A DNA stretch of 63,524 bases, the filler included, from Bigelowiella natans CCMP2755 (Eukaryota; Protista; Cercozoa), in assembly GCA_000320545.1 (NCBI GenBank). It is 6 parts of 6 records of this genome, joined end to end, with 100 filler letters (N's around TTAATTAATTAA, not from the genome) between each part and the next. Parts side by side here need not be neighbours in the genome. Positions count along the whole stretch, not along the records: positions 9,323 to 19,570 come from ADNK01000638.1; positions 19,671 to 51,286 come from ADNK01000449.1; 4 more parts are not named here. One strand, written 5' to 3'. A program made the translations under genes and the position numbers. Below, piece after piece: positions 11,631 through 25,929 of the stretch. Numbering within the stretch: position 1 is the stretch's first letter; the number at the start of each line of letters is the position of its first letter. A model generated the notes under the pieces. It saw nothing but the letters and a program-made list of their open reading frames with translations. It was not told the origin of the DNA and ran no database searches.

Positions 11631-13966
11631 CTAGAGCCCAACGATTTTCCTGCGCTTAAAGGCCTCGAAGAAGTGAATAAAGGCATTTTCATTCGGACCG
11701 ATGTTTCTGAACTCAATGATCGCTTCATCTACATCTTCGCCCGCATTGAAAACTGTTATAATGGCCGCAACATCCCCTTCTAACTCCTGGTCCTCCTCCT
11801 CGTTCTCCATGATCTCAAACGTTACCAATATCTGTGTATTATTGTCAAGTTGGCAAGAATTCGGCGCTGTAGCAGCATTGACAAAGCTCGAGCGACCGAC
11901 ACACAAAGTAGCAACAGCGACGACAACCAGGAAAGAACTAGACTAAGATAACATGTTGTGAAAGATCCCCCACATTGAGGGAGTGGGGACGGATATTCAA
12001 TACCTCTGGTCCTTCGATACTGGTGCTGAAATTTTGCAGGCGCGAAGGACGATAATGTCCCTTAGCTTCGTTAAAAGACAACAACGACAACAACAATAAC
12101 ACCCCAAACATTCAAAAACCCTGGACTGGTAAATATAACGATAAATATTCCTTTGGTTATTTCTATAGAGAGTAGATTTTGTGGCAGATGCAAACGCAAT
12201 GCACTCGGGATCGGATTCGGACCTAATTTCTTCTCAAGGTAGTACACAATGCCTAATGTTTGCAGCACACAAAGAATAGAGAACAACCCGCTCAGATTTA
12301 GGCGTGAGGGGACTGCTACTGGCTTCCCCACAGTGCTGCTGCTGCTAATATATGACGATGAAGTTTCAATGGTGCTAATTACGTCTATAAGCATCTTTAG
12401 CTTGGTCTCCGTGTCGGATCGTCGTGTAGCAAGCTACCGGCCTGCCCCCCCTCTCGAAGTTTTCCTGTGTGTGACAACATCAGTAGTGACTTGGTTGGGG
12501 CTAGCAGGAACAGTTTTGTAGAGCAGACGGCGCCATTTCTACACCGTTTTCTCATCATCTGCGGTAAGTACGAGAGCGACATAGCAGTGGAGATGGCATG
12601 TGTTGCGCGGATAGCGCTTCATTGACTCTCCACACTCGTAGGGAATGAAAGAAAGTCTCGACGTCTCCAAAAGCATCGGCATGCTCATTGATGGTACTTA
12701 CAAATTTTAGAGTCTGCTCGGTCTTTTTTTCTTCTTGGTTGTCAAGTTCAGTCTCGTCTTCTTCGGTCAGCGGAGGCAACCGCAGCTTCCCCCATACATT
12801 CGACGATTCTCCTGCATCTCCTCCACTCCTAGTTTTGTACCCATTTTTGGAAGAAGACTTTACTCTCGTAAACTCCTGCCAGCGCTTGTACTGCTCCTCC
12901 ACTCTATGGAAAAGGTTCTCCTTCTGCAGGAGGGGGAAGGGTGGGGGAGTGAAACGAATCATTTGACATTATTCTTGTCATCATCCTCACCCACTGCTAT
13001 CATTCTGTCGCCTTGCAGCATGCATGCGTATATGTATATCTCGATTCTTGTATATATTGCTGAATGCAACACTACATCCCTTTTCGTATTTGCACGGCAC
13101 GCACCGTGTCGTCAGGGTCGTCTCTGAAGTAGGGATGCTCGCCAACTTTCTCGAGACTATAGCGATCCGAATGTCCAGCAGCATGCACGATAGAAGGTTG
13201 TTTTCATTGTCTTCAAACATCCAGCCGTGACGTTCCAGCTCGCTCTTCACGCTTCCGTCGATCTTCCGGTCTTCAACCAAGATTTTCCTCAGGCCCGCCG
13301 TAGTATTCGCTATTGTTCTCCGATTCCAGGTGGCAGTGGAGGCAAAGGAGGAGGACGTGGCGGAGGATGAGGAGGAAGCCGTTCTTGCCATGGAGAAGGT
13401 GGAGGATTTGGAAGCCCATGCTTTTAGGCATACAGCTGCCATTGTCATCCCGAGAGAGAATACGTCCGCACTCTCGTCGTAGCGTTGGCTGGAGGGCAAG
13501 GGGAATAATCAGGCTAGGAGGTATGGGACATATGTCTGTGTGTGTGTGTGTGTGTGTGTGCGCGTTCCCATAATTGCTCCGCCTATAACTCAAATCATTG
13601 GGGGTTGCTTTGAGTTGATGTATAAATCCTCCTCCTCCGCGCACACCTGGGGTCCGTTTTACAGCGCTTTACTTCGGGCGCCCAGTAACCGGGCGTACCA
13701 CTGCAGCCGCTTGCCGATTTCTCCTCATTGCTGCACGCCATTCTGTGGTTCATGGAGCAAGGTATTCTATGCGTGTGCCATTTTTTATGATTTATTTATT
13801 TTATCGCAAAAATATGATGAAAGTGAATCTTATCGTGATCCTCCTCCTCCTCATCATCATCATGATTCTCTTCCTCCGCCTTCCTCCTCCTCCAACCAGC
13901 GGCAGTATGAGCACACGTTGTTGTCGTCAGAATGTAGGAGAGATAGGGCTAGCGAATATATCAACG

Positions 13967-14012
<46 letters not shown>

Positions 14013-15332
14013 GTATGAATACATTTACATATATGCATATGTGTGTAAGTGTGGGAAAGGGAAAACGGTTGTCGATTGAAAGCCACCCGAAATCTGCAAT
14101 GACCACAGAGACTGGTGTATTCGTTTCTCCATTGAGCGTGAGCAACACGTTGGCGGGCTTAATGTCCCTATGAATCATCTTCTTGCTGTGGATGGTTTGC
14201 AGCCCTTTCCTTATTTGACCAACGATTTTGCGCGTCACATCTACGAATAGATCATCGTCGCAGCAAGGAAGCTGGTAACGTAGATACTGTGTGAGAGGTT
14301 CCATTTTTCTCATAACGATTACCTAAAATATGCAAATAATTTTTTCCTGGATACTACTCAGCAGAGGCGGCAGAGGACGCATAATAGCGGCAGCAGTAAC
14401 GTTCATTGCAAAACATGTCATTACACCAAAGGCTGACGACTATTGTTAGGCAATGGTGGTGAAGCAAATCGCGTGCGACAGGGATCACCAGCCAAAGATA
14501 CAGAATTTGCAAACATAGATTATGTGTCCATACATAGCGTTGGATTCCAGAAGCATCATCCTTAAATGAAACGGCGAAATGTTCCACGATTTGCACGACG
14601 TGGTCCATATTTTTAAACTTATCGAGGATTTCAGCCTCCTCCCTCAATCTACACTTATAGATCTCCATCTTCCTGCAGATGATAAGATGAGATGGTGAGG
14701 GTTATGATGAAACGGAAGAAACAAAAGGAACCGACAACGACGATGACAACGAAGATGACGACGGAGGAAGAGGAAGAGGAAGAGGAGGAGGAGGATGAAG
14801 AGGAGGATGAGGAAGGGAGAAGCAGTTGGAGGACAAATTATTGTAGTCCTTCTACTTAGTGCGCTTCTTCCTTTCTCTGTTTACCTCTTTTCTTTTAAGC
14901 TGCCATCTTTGTTCCGGCCCCTTTGGACTTTCATTGCAAAGCTACAGGCAAAAAGTATCAAACGTAGCCAAAGAGATGGTTAAAATATTACGATTGCGAT
15001 GATAGTAGCAGTATTTGGGAGGATATGGGAAATATAGCTGTAGCAGCGACAAGCACGACTAATGAATAGGACATTGAGATTTCAACGTCTGGCTCCTTAT
15101 AAGAACTACTTACATGCAGGCAAAGAAACAAGCTGCCACTACTCACATTTCTTTGGTCCGCGAATGACACACTTGAACCACATGGCCCTCTGCCCCACTT
15201 TACATCATCGGAAAGGAAGGAAGGACAGGGGAAGGGAGGGGATGGAGGGGGATTAAATGTCCAGAGACAAAGACGGGGCAACGATATGGCGATAAGTGCA
15301 CTCAATCGTTTGCAAACAAACAGTATAAATTA

Positions 15333-15399
<67 letters not shown>

Positions 15400-16300
15400 T
15401 ATTTGGCACCATCCTAAGTAGAAGTCCTTAGATCTATCTTCCGGGTACACCCTGTATCCTCCAATCCCCTGCTCTAAAATTGGTCGACAACAACAATGCA
15501 GACAACAGTGCAGAGAAATGTAACTTAATATTGAAAGGAGTGGAGCTTTATGCTATCAGTGTGGGAGAAATAGCATTAACGAATTGTACCACTGCATCGT
15601 ATCTAACAATAGTAATCTATGCTTCATGACAACGCAAACGTTGTTGATACCGAAATGGTGTTCACTAATGGAATGTATGCGTGCATAATTACACAAACAA
15701 ATATCACAACAACATATGCAGCGTGAATTGAACAAAAGCTCAGAATAAAAACGCATAAAGTAAACAAAGATCATCACTTTGAGCTTTGAAAAGCCCAAAC
15801 TCAAAGACAGAATCCTTGCACCCATCCTGGTGCCGATGCCGATGCTTATGCCCTTTGCATGGCTTTTCCCCAGGTAGATCCGGTGGATGGCTCCGATGGA
15901 CCTTAAAGCATTCAGGAAGGACATGTGAAATAATTTCATAAGACACGGTGCCGATGGATTTTCAAAATCACATTTTCCCAATCTGAGACAGACTGACATT
16001 TAAATATACATATGTGTACAAATAAAGTATGGCTTCTTCGATACTTGAGATTCAGATAAACTACGATTCATCGGTAGGCAAGAAGCATGTCAAGCGAGTT
16101 CTGTAGAGTAATAATGATACCGTTCCACACTTGCTACAGTAACGACCCGGGGCAAGTTGGTAGCAAATGTAACATTCACTGAATGAATCTGCCTTCTCTG
16201 ATACAACCTTCTCTGATGCAACCTTCTCTGATACAACCTTCTCTGATACAACCATTTTGTAACTTTCGGTAGGCTCGTCATTGTTCCTCTCCGATCTGAA
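11631..16300 (-). CDS. Ser/Thr protein kinase (core about 13100-15210) with a probable N-terminal CxxC-CxxC segment and a long C-terminal extension; ends uncertain
   Basis: Exons encode GSGAEGHV, LAMKV, REEAEIL, IHRDIKPANVLL, IADFG, GTPGYWAPE and YDESADVFSLG in the correct order. Confidence 0.85.
16192..16251 (-). repeat. 4 x 15-bp coding repeat (VVSEK)
   Basis: ccttctctgatacaa x4 with one TA->TG variant copy (gatgcaa). Confidence 0.9.
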
Positions 16301-16840
16301 TCTGCTTTTTTGTCTGAGTGGGGGTGCCTGACCCCCCCGAAGCTTCCGCTCCTCCTTTCGAATGCTGGAACACCTTTGGATGGAAAGCGATCGAACGAAA
16401 CAAATAATGAAGGATTAGGTACCCGACGTGAGCATTTATTCAAACTATCTCCTTCTATCCGACCCCCAATCCCTTTTGAAATCGCCCATTGGAATAATCT
16501 GTTCAATTTGGAAAGGAGGTGCAATCACGAGACCTCATGATGGTGGCATCGACAGTGCAGGGCCGAATTCTCAGCTGGAGAATTCAGCTGGAGAATCATT
16601 GGCATATTTGACGAAAATGGGCAGACACAGACAATTTGTCATGTGCGACATCGTAATTTCTTGCAGGTAAAATTTGCCGATGAATTTCAATGAGAAATGC
16701 TCACACGATGAAAATTCCGAGAAATCAATTTACAATCGGTTCAGAAGGTTTGGAGAAGAAACCAAGCGATTTTCATCATACGACAATCCAAAATGGACTA
16801 ATTGTTCTAGTTGTGTGAACAAAAGAATTAGGAACTAAAA

Positions 16841-17286
16841 TTCACATCATGTCGCGAACCGAGCATTGATCGGCCGGGGACGGAAATCCACCCGCCAGTC
16901 ATTTCATCCATGAGGCATCGCCAATGGAAGCATTGCATGAGTCTGCGGGATGGACAGAAATGCTGCCACAATTCAGTCGTCACACAAGCCTTTTTTGTGC
17001 ATCGTGAGCTAGTGAGCTCAACGGCGTGATGATCTTGAACAAGTTTGCGCCAAATTGGCGGACAACACACACGCATGCTGGAGTGAACGCACAGCAGCAT
17101 TCATTCATGTCGAACAGAGTCATCGCAAATGAATCTGCAAGGAACACATTTGTGTCGCAGGTTTCACACGTTGCATGCATGGCTAACTGCACGTTGCCAT
17201 GGACTGACACACCCCATCAATGCTGGTCCTGCATGATCTGTCAATTCGAATTCGACGCAGCACAATCGCTTTTCCCTTCGTTATGA
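16841..17286 (+). pseudogene. TpA-erased ORF relic
   Basis: ORF 17026-17286 has no Tyr and is rich in His/Cys/Met; only 2 TpA in 16841-17281. Confidence 0.4.
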
Positions 17287-17731
17287 GCTCACGAGCTACT
17301 GATGCATGTGTACGATGGAGCCGATGCATGTCGGTTGGCAGCAGCGATGCGCTAAGAATGTTCAAGTAATTGACAACTTGTAACTACATAGCATCCATCT
17401 ATGCCAGTAGCCTCTATAGAGTCTAACCATGTTGGAGTCTAACCATGCTGTTGCTATCTTCGGCGCAGCATAACATTCGAACATATAAACATTTAGCTTT
17501 ATGCCGGATTCAGCAGCTGAGTCTCATAGATTTTCCATGAATTGTTTGAATGCCGAGATTGGTGTGTAATCTTGCCGGAGGGCGCGTTATTGAGTTATGT
17601 GGATGCTAGTGATCACTACCCAAACAAGCTAGCATACCATTCTTTGCCCTAGTAATATCACGGATGGCGATCATATCAAAGTTAATTATATCATTAATAA
17701 CATATACTATGTGAATGTATGAATGTGTGAA

Positions 17732-17770
<39 letters not shown>

Positions 17771-17782
17771 CGTGAAAATAAT

Positions 17783-18215
17783 TCAAGTGGGAGGCTCCGT
17801 CTGGCATAACGCGTTGGCCTCCACCACCACACCACCACCACCATCATCATCACTATTATCAAAATAATGATCCTCTTGTCCTCCTACCATCATCTTCATT
17901 CGATCCAACAGCGCACTGGGCGAGTCTGCTGCCGGCCGTGTGTCAGTGTAAATGGACATAGGCTTTCCTGCCACAGGCATTCTGATTGGGAAAGGGGCAG
18001 GGATGAAGGATTAAATCTTCAGCTTGCACAAAGGTATGTAATCCACAAACACGCATCCCCCTCTCCTCCTGCTTCTCGACCCTAATCTAAATTCATTACC
18101 CAGCGTAAAAATCGATGATGTAGCGGACTTTCTTCCCGCATCTATCCACGACCTTTTAGAAGAAGGGGGAGGGGCTCAGATGGTTCCAAAAAGCCGTAGC
18201 ATACGATGATACAGT

Positions 18216-18253
<38 letters not shown>

Positions 18254-18408
18254 TTGGTGTTGTGTATGCTGATCTTCACTACCCAGTCGTGCCTGTCAAA
18301 TGGAGGGCTCGATCCAGTCCTGAAGAAACACACGAATGATTCAAGAATGACACAAGGATAAAAAAAGAAAAGAAAATAGACTGATAACGATGAAGACTCT
18401 TCAATACT

Positions 18409-18447
<39 letters not shown>

Positions 18448-18451
18448 TATA

Positions 18452-18492
<41 letters not shown>

Positions 18493-18864
18493 CTAAAGCA
18501 CGAATAGCCGTACTATAGATGCATGAAGAACCTCAAACTTTCTGTAGGAGGGGTGAGAAACGCGTGGTATTTTATATTCTACTACCATGTCCGCAAGCGA
18601 GCTTTCAAGCTCAAATCGTTGGCCTTTCCCGAGAACTAAAGCAGCGACATAGACAGCAAGCACATATCTTAATCTCCCCGATGATATTTTAAGAGAACAC
18701 CATACCATCCAAATCACTGTTTCTATTACCCCCTCCCCACCCTCTCCCTCGACTCCTTGAGGAGGTAACAAGGCCGATCACACTTCATCAGAAATTGTGC
18801 ACACCTTTTCAAGGCGAGGATTAGGGCACGAGTCCAGATGGAAACTCTCGTACTCCATCACCTG

Positions 18865-18898
<34 letters not shown>

Positions 18899-19435
18899 CT
18901 ACCATCATCATCATCATCATGAATACAAGGAGTCTTGAAATCAAATATAAAAAGAAGCAAAAGAATTAATGATGATGATGGTGGATAGCGAAAGCATAAG
19001 CCCTTATTGTTCCCTTTTCTTATGTTAATATCTATGATCCATAGCTCACACATACACATGAATATGCTAGTTATGCATAGATACGTAGTATATAGTGCTA
19101 GTCTATCCGTTTCTCAATCCCTCGCTAAGTTTCAAAGAACCTGCTTCCATACTCTCTCGTTGACCGTGTTATGAATGGCGACGACGGAGCCCATATCGAT
19201 CTCCTGATATCATGGAAACAGAGCGATATGTGCACTACCAGGAGGCGAAGGAGAACTAACGTTTTAAAAAGACTAGTACATGTATTAATGTGCATCCGAA
19301 TGTGAGCATGAGTTACAGCTCGGGAAAAACAGGAAAAGAGACAGACAAAGAGTGAGAATAGGTGGAGATAGAGCTCCCTCCTGTTTCCCACCTGCGGTTT
19401 GTAGCCTTTCCGTTTCATTGCATTGTAGAACTGTT
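17783..19435 (-). CDS. HCCS: Holocytochrome c synthase (cytochrome c heme lyase); 5' part in or over the gap
   Basis: FYNAMKRKGY, VVAIHNTVNERVWKQV, FSGKANDLSLKARL, PFDRHDWVV, RCGKKVRYIIDFY, DTRPAADS. Confidence 0.95.
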
Positions 19436-20655
19436 GCGGAGAAGGATATGTCCAAGTGTCGGTGCCTTCTAGTTGATGGGAAGGCTTGAAATCTCCCTGT
19501 TGATGAATGCAACATTAGCAAAAACGAAGTAGCTTCTGATAGCATATGGGAGGGGGGGGGGGGGGGGGGGNNNNNNNNNNNNNNNNNNNNNNNNNNNNNN
19601 NNNNNNNNNNNNNNTTAATTAATTAANNNNNNNNNNNNNNNNNNNNNNNNNNNNNNNNNNNNNNNNNNNNGTACCTCTGCCATCCTTGCGGAGTGTGCGT
19701 TCGGGATAATATTATTGTGCTTGACCATCCTGATGATAGTGAAGATTAGAGTAATTGTTACTCACTTGATAGAAGATTAATACAAGCTATCTTTCCATTT
19801 TGCCGCATTGCAAGAAGCGCACAACTAGGCATTTATGCAGTGAAGGAGAACATAATTATTTTCCTAATTTCAATGTAGATTCCAGCTCTCCCTACGCACA
19901 GCTGCTCCCCTCCCCATTAATTTCCCCCACCCACACCTGACTCCGCCAGCGCCGCGCGACTTATTATTTCTCGAACAAATTCGCCGATATAACTCCGTGC
20001 GAAGGAATAGAAACTTTGTTTATGCTCTACGTCATGGTAACTTTCATGACGTACTCTTATTTTATACACAATTCTTTGGATTTCGTAGCCTGGATTCTGA
20101 AGGTCCGGAATACCGGTTTTGAATACTTTCTAAAGAAAACGACATGCGTTCTGTTCCGAAATGTGGCTTGCCGCTCGGACACTCGGACCCACGGAGATCA
20201 TGGGGATTTATAAAAATCGCGCATAATTTCTATTGAAAGGCATGCTAAAACTGCGATTATTGGGGAAAATGGCATCATTCCGGAAAATCAAGCGGGCTAA
20301 TCTCGAGCTACCACAGCTGTCGTCGGTAATGGGCAGCGGAGGGGGAGAACGGAGCTGTGAGCTGATGAGGAGTAGAAGGGGAGGGGGGAAGTCTGGAATG
20401 GGATCTCCCACGGGTGGGAAGAATTGAGTATGAAAGTTATACCATGCATTCCGTAGAAATTTTCCCGCCTGCGTTTTGCATCTTCTGGTTTGAGAGTTCT
20501 GTGTTCGAATATTCCACGTATTCGCTCTGGTTGTGTACGGTTCAGGTGTGTGATTTCTGCTTCAGTGTTGAGAGGACGCGCTCGCTACCGTCAATTTGGA
20601 CTGAAATCCTGTTCCACGCGGTCGCTGCGACTTGCAGCAGCATCAACCGCCTCTT

Positions 20656-22058
20656 ATGAACGCCGACGGCCTGGCAAATGTTTTAAAACACACCTACATC
20701 GGGGATGACCAACAACGAAGGGCGGCTGAAGCCGCGATCAAGAAATATGAGAGGATGCAAGGTTATCCTGGGACTCTCCTCCAGATTGTCGTCATGGACA
20801 GGTCGGCAATCATATAGACTATTCAAATGGCCCCTCTTCATAAAAAAAATTCCCTTCCCTTTGCTCTGTGTGCTGCTGTTGTAGATTCCCGTTTCCGGTT
20901 CGCCAGTCCGCTACTATTCTGCTCAAGAATATGGTCGTGAGGCACTGGACGGTCAAGAAGAAGCTTCATGAAAACTCGATTGTGATCGGAGAGAAGGATA
21001 GGGGAGTCATCAAGCGAAACCTTCTTGAAGCTATAGTCACGCAGTCGCGACAGGTAGCAACACGATGGGAAGAGGAGGAGAAGAGAATGGAGGAGGAGGA
21101 GGAGGAGGAGGAGGAGGAGGAGGAGGAGGAGGAGGAGGAGGAGCAGTGTTGATTACATCCTAGAAATCCAATTTTATGCACATTATGAATACAAAAAGTG
21201 TTATCATCTTACTAATAGTAACCCCAACCTCAAAAGGTGAGATGTGTAGTAGTTAAGCTTCGATACATCATTTACGTTGCGTTATCCTTCCTCATCTTCC
21301 TGTTTATCCTCCTTACTGTTCTGCTTTCTGTCCTCTCGCCACCCATAGCAAATACGTGTGCAGCTGTTGGAGTGCTTGCACCAGGTGTGCCGCACGGACT
21401 TCCCCAAAAATTATCCCTTTCTTCTCAAGGAAATAATGAAGAATATTCACTCGAAAAAACCCCAGCGGATATACGGCGCTCTCTGTGCGCTGCGACAAGT
21501 CTTCAAGAACTACCACTTTCGTGCTGAAAAGGATCGCAGATACCTCCCAACGCTCGTGGAGAGCACTTTCCCGACCCTGATACAAATCATTACCGCGGTA
21601 CTGAAGTCCAAATTGAACCAGGACTCCTACGAGATGGTTCGCATGCTCATCAAGATCTTTCGGATCGCGACGTAAGTAAATGGTGGAAGATGGGGATGAT
21701 ATGAGTTAGTGGTTGGGTGAGAGAGGGGGGGGGGGGGGGGCGGATAAAGAAAGCTAAGGGAGGTATTCCTAGAAAGAAAGCCTACAGCCAGTACAGCCCA
21801 GATAATATGGTAATATTATAGTCTGTATTGTCCTCACATCCTGAATATATGGAGGTGATGCTGCTGCTGCTGCTGCTGATGCTGCTGCAATGATGATGAC
21901 GTATTTCTTCTTCTTCGTCCTCCTTTCCAGGTATTTGAGCATGCCCGACTATTTGAAGAACCCAGCCAATCTCGGTCCATGGATGCAGGCACTTGTCAAG
22001 GTGGTGGTGGTGGTCATGGAGAAACAACGAATCACTAGATAATATAATATATAATTAA

Positions 22059-22137
<79 letters not shown>

Positions 22138-23018
22138 CATGGTGATGATGCTGCCAACGAGGAGAAACGAGGACGCCAGGGACATTCATAGTCGTTCAGC
22201 GTCTTCTCGTTCTCGCCATCACTATCACCATTATCGTCAATATTACCATCAGCCCATCACCATCACCACCAGCAGCAGCACTTTCATGCCTGATTGGATT
22301 CGTTGCGCACCAACATAAACAAACAGGTGGTCGAGTCGCCGATCGTCGGCGTGAGCAACATCCCTTCTGATAGGAAGGAGCTTACGTCAATACCGCAGAT
22401 CAAATGCAAAAAGTGGGCCCTTCGGAGCTTTCTTAACATCCATAAACGGTGTGTTTGGCTCACGCATATCTACTTCGCAAGCCTTTTCCTCTCGCCCATC
22501 TCCACTTCCCTCCTCTAGGACGACATTTCTTCTATCCTTATGCTTTGGTTAATATCTCTAGGACGACATTTCTTCTATCCTTATGCTTTGGTTAATATCT
22601 TTAATATGCCCCCCCCCCGCCCTAGATTCGGACAGGAGGTTCTCGTGAGCGGGCCTATGAAAAACTTCGCGCGGATGTTTGATAAGACCTTCAACAAGCC
22701 CCTGCTGGGGGCAGTGCTTGGCGTACTCAAGTCGATGACGAAGGGCGCTCCTGTAACAGACAAGATGATCCAAACGTGCTTCCAATACGTGAGCTCCGTG
22801 ATCAACCACGCGCATCTCTACCAGCTGGTCCGGCCCCATCTGAAGTTCCTCCTGCACGAGGCGGTATTGGCTGAATGAATGAATGACCCTCTGCTCTGCT
22901 TCTAACCACCGCAATGAAAGCCATACTGAAGATTGATTGACCAACTCGATTGGTTAGGCAGACATTCTGTGCTGCGATGCCTCATGCAGAAATCACCGAA
23001 GACGACTCTACCTACCTA

Positions 23019-23060
<42 letters not shown>

Positions 23061-23718
23061 CGTACGATCACAGGTGCTGGGATGCTTATGCTTGACGCCA
23101 GGGGACATCAGACAATGGCGTGAAGATCCAGCCGAATACATCCGAAGGGAGTCCGACCTCATGGAGGAGTAAGTACCAGTAGCAGTCGAATGATGTGATG
23201 CGACCAGATGATGATGGTGATGACGATAATGATGATGACGATGATGATGATGATGATGATGATGATATTGCTAAAAACACCCTAAGAGTCGGTACTCCTC
23301 CCTCCCCCCCGCCCCCCCCTCGTGGTCCGCTGCGCAGGTACGACGACCCTCGATTCACTGCCTCTGAGTTCCTCGTGGAGCTCATTCGGATCCGAACCAA
23401 GGACGCACTCCCCCTCACGATGAACACCATGACAGCGATCTTCAAACAGTACGCCCAGAGCCCTCCTGATAGGCGCAACTATCGGCAAAAGGAGGCTGCG
23501 ATGAGGATGCTGCAGAGCGTGGCCAAGCTAATGCTGTCTCAGGAGAAGTTTTACATGTTCATCGAGCAGACGATACAAGCTCACGTGCTGCCCGAATTCA
23601 AGTCGAACACGGGTTTCATGCAGGCAAGGGCGTGCGCGGTGAGAGAATCAACACGCAACACAAACAACACAGAAAATGGACAGATAACATGTAGTGCATA
23701 TATGTGTGTGTGTTTATG

Positions 23719-23773
<55 letters not shown>

Positions 23774-24816
23774 CGTGTGTGCGTGTGTTCCTACTCGGCA
23801 GGTCGTCGGCGCATACATAAAGCTCGACTACAAGAACGGGGACGCGTTCCGAGAAGCAGTGCAGTCTGTCTGCCGGTGCCTGACCAGCAAAGAGCTGCCG
23901 CTGAAGCTGCAAGCAGTGAAGGCCATGAGCCGCGTAGTCAAGAGCCCCGAGGGCGTACAGCACATTAAGCCCTGGCTCAAAAACGTCCTCGCCGAGTACT
24001 TTAAACTAATCGACGACGTGCCCAACGAGGAGGTAGTGGAGACGCTCGAGATCCTGGTCGCGCACGTCAAGGATGAGATAGGGCCTTTCGCTGTGCAGAT
24101 CGCCCAGAGGATGGTGAAGCTGTTTTTCAAGATCATAACCAACGCGAGCGCCGACGAAGACGAGAACGCGTTCACCGCGCTCCAGTGTCTCCGGGTAGGA
24201 AGACAGTTGCGTACGTTGTCGTAGTCGTGGTAGTCGTAGTACTTACTAGTAGTAGTAGTAGTGGTGGTGGTGCGGTGGTAGTAGTAACAGTAGTAGTAGT
24301 TGTAGTAGCAGCAGTAGTAAGCAGTAGAAATCCATCAGATGGAAAGACGTCTACACCTGGCCGGCACACATATTTCTCTCTTATCATTCCTCATCTCCCC
24401 TCCTAAGCGCATTACTCTATCGACCCCTTCCTCCTCTTCCTCCTCCTCCTCCTCCTCCTCGTGACTGTTGTAGGTCCTGAACACGCTGCTTCATGTTCTT
24501 GCTCCTTTGAAAGACAACGCGGAGGTGTTTCGCCAGCTCTGCATGGTGTATCAGCCCATCATCCAGCGCTGTCTGAAACCCGACACCCACGAGTTCCTCG
24601 AGGATACGCTAGACCTTATAGGCGCGCTCGTGTCGTTTTGCTCCGAGATGTACCCTTTCCTCTGGGCTCTCATACCGGAGATCACGAAAAGGTGATTTTT
24701 GTACTAAATTAGGGTTTTTCTGGTGAGGACCATAGGCTTTAGAGTAATGTGGTGGTGGGGCGCAAATAATGCCATGTGCACTCAGTTTTCCCCGATGCGC
24801 GAGCGTGAATTCTCCC

Positions 24817-24866
<50 letters not shown>

Positions 24867-24892
24867 CATGATAATTCACACTTCCCATTGTT

Positions 24893-24939
<47 letters not shown>

Positions 24940-24968
24940 GTCCATGATAGTTCACACTTCCCATTGTT

Positions 24969-25015
<47 letters not shown>

Positions 25016-25882
25016 GTCCATGATAGTTCACACTTCCCATTGTTCTCATTCTTCGTGCAGGTACAAGATCGCGACAGATCACGCGCAGAACGTAGTAGTG
25101 TGTCTAGGCAAATACGTGGCATACGGTGGGCTTGCTAAGAAGCCTGATATGGTCAAGGAAATGCTCAGTATGGTTCACTGGACCTTCCATCCATCGTTTC
25201 CAAGCGGGCAAGGTGGTGTTGGTGGTGGTGCTGGTGGTGCTGCTGCTGCTGCTGTGCGCTCACAAATAGAGATACGATGATGGTTGATGACGGTTGTCAT
25301 CATTATCATTATCACTATTACTATTCTTTTTAATTATAATTATTATTATGTGGTGGAGGAGAAGGGGGGAAATACCAATGGTTGAGTAGTGAGTTGCGGA
25401 TGAATGGTGACACTTAATATACACGCATGCGCACATACAATATGCTACCCACTAGTACGCGCCATAGCATCATTTCTCCTCCCTCTCATCAATCATCATC
25501 AATCATCATCATAACGCACTCACATTCTTACTCAGGTCCTACCGACCCCGTCGTAATAGCACGCGACATGTTAGTGCCCTCGCAGTACTCGGCGAAGCTC
25601 GTGACGATCCTTCTCCTGCACATCGGGAGCGAGATCCAGCATCACATTCCGCAGATATCTGAGCTTGTCATCAAAAAGCTGTCGGAAACCATAAAGCTAC
25701 AGACGGCGTTAAAAAAGCAGCCAAAGGATGACGTCGAGTAAGTCTCTTCTCCTCCTCCTCCTCCTCCTGCTGCTGCTGCTGCTGCTGCTGCTGTAGATGT
25801 GTATTACGAGGGGGTGGGGGGGCGCGGGAGAGTTTCCACTTCCACTGAGACGCTCAACAAGATGTGATTTAAAATCGCGTAT

Positions 25883-25929
<47 letters not shown>

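Noticed and set aside
24825-25052. Repeat-spacer pattern resembling a CRISPR array
   Set aside because: The spacers are (CT)n, the array is intronic in a eukaryotic gene, and there are no cas genes.
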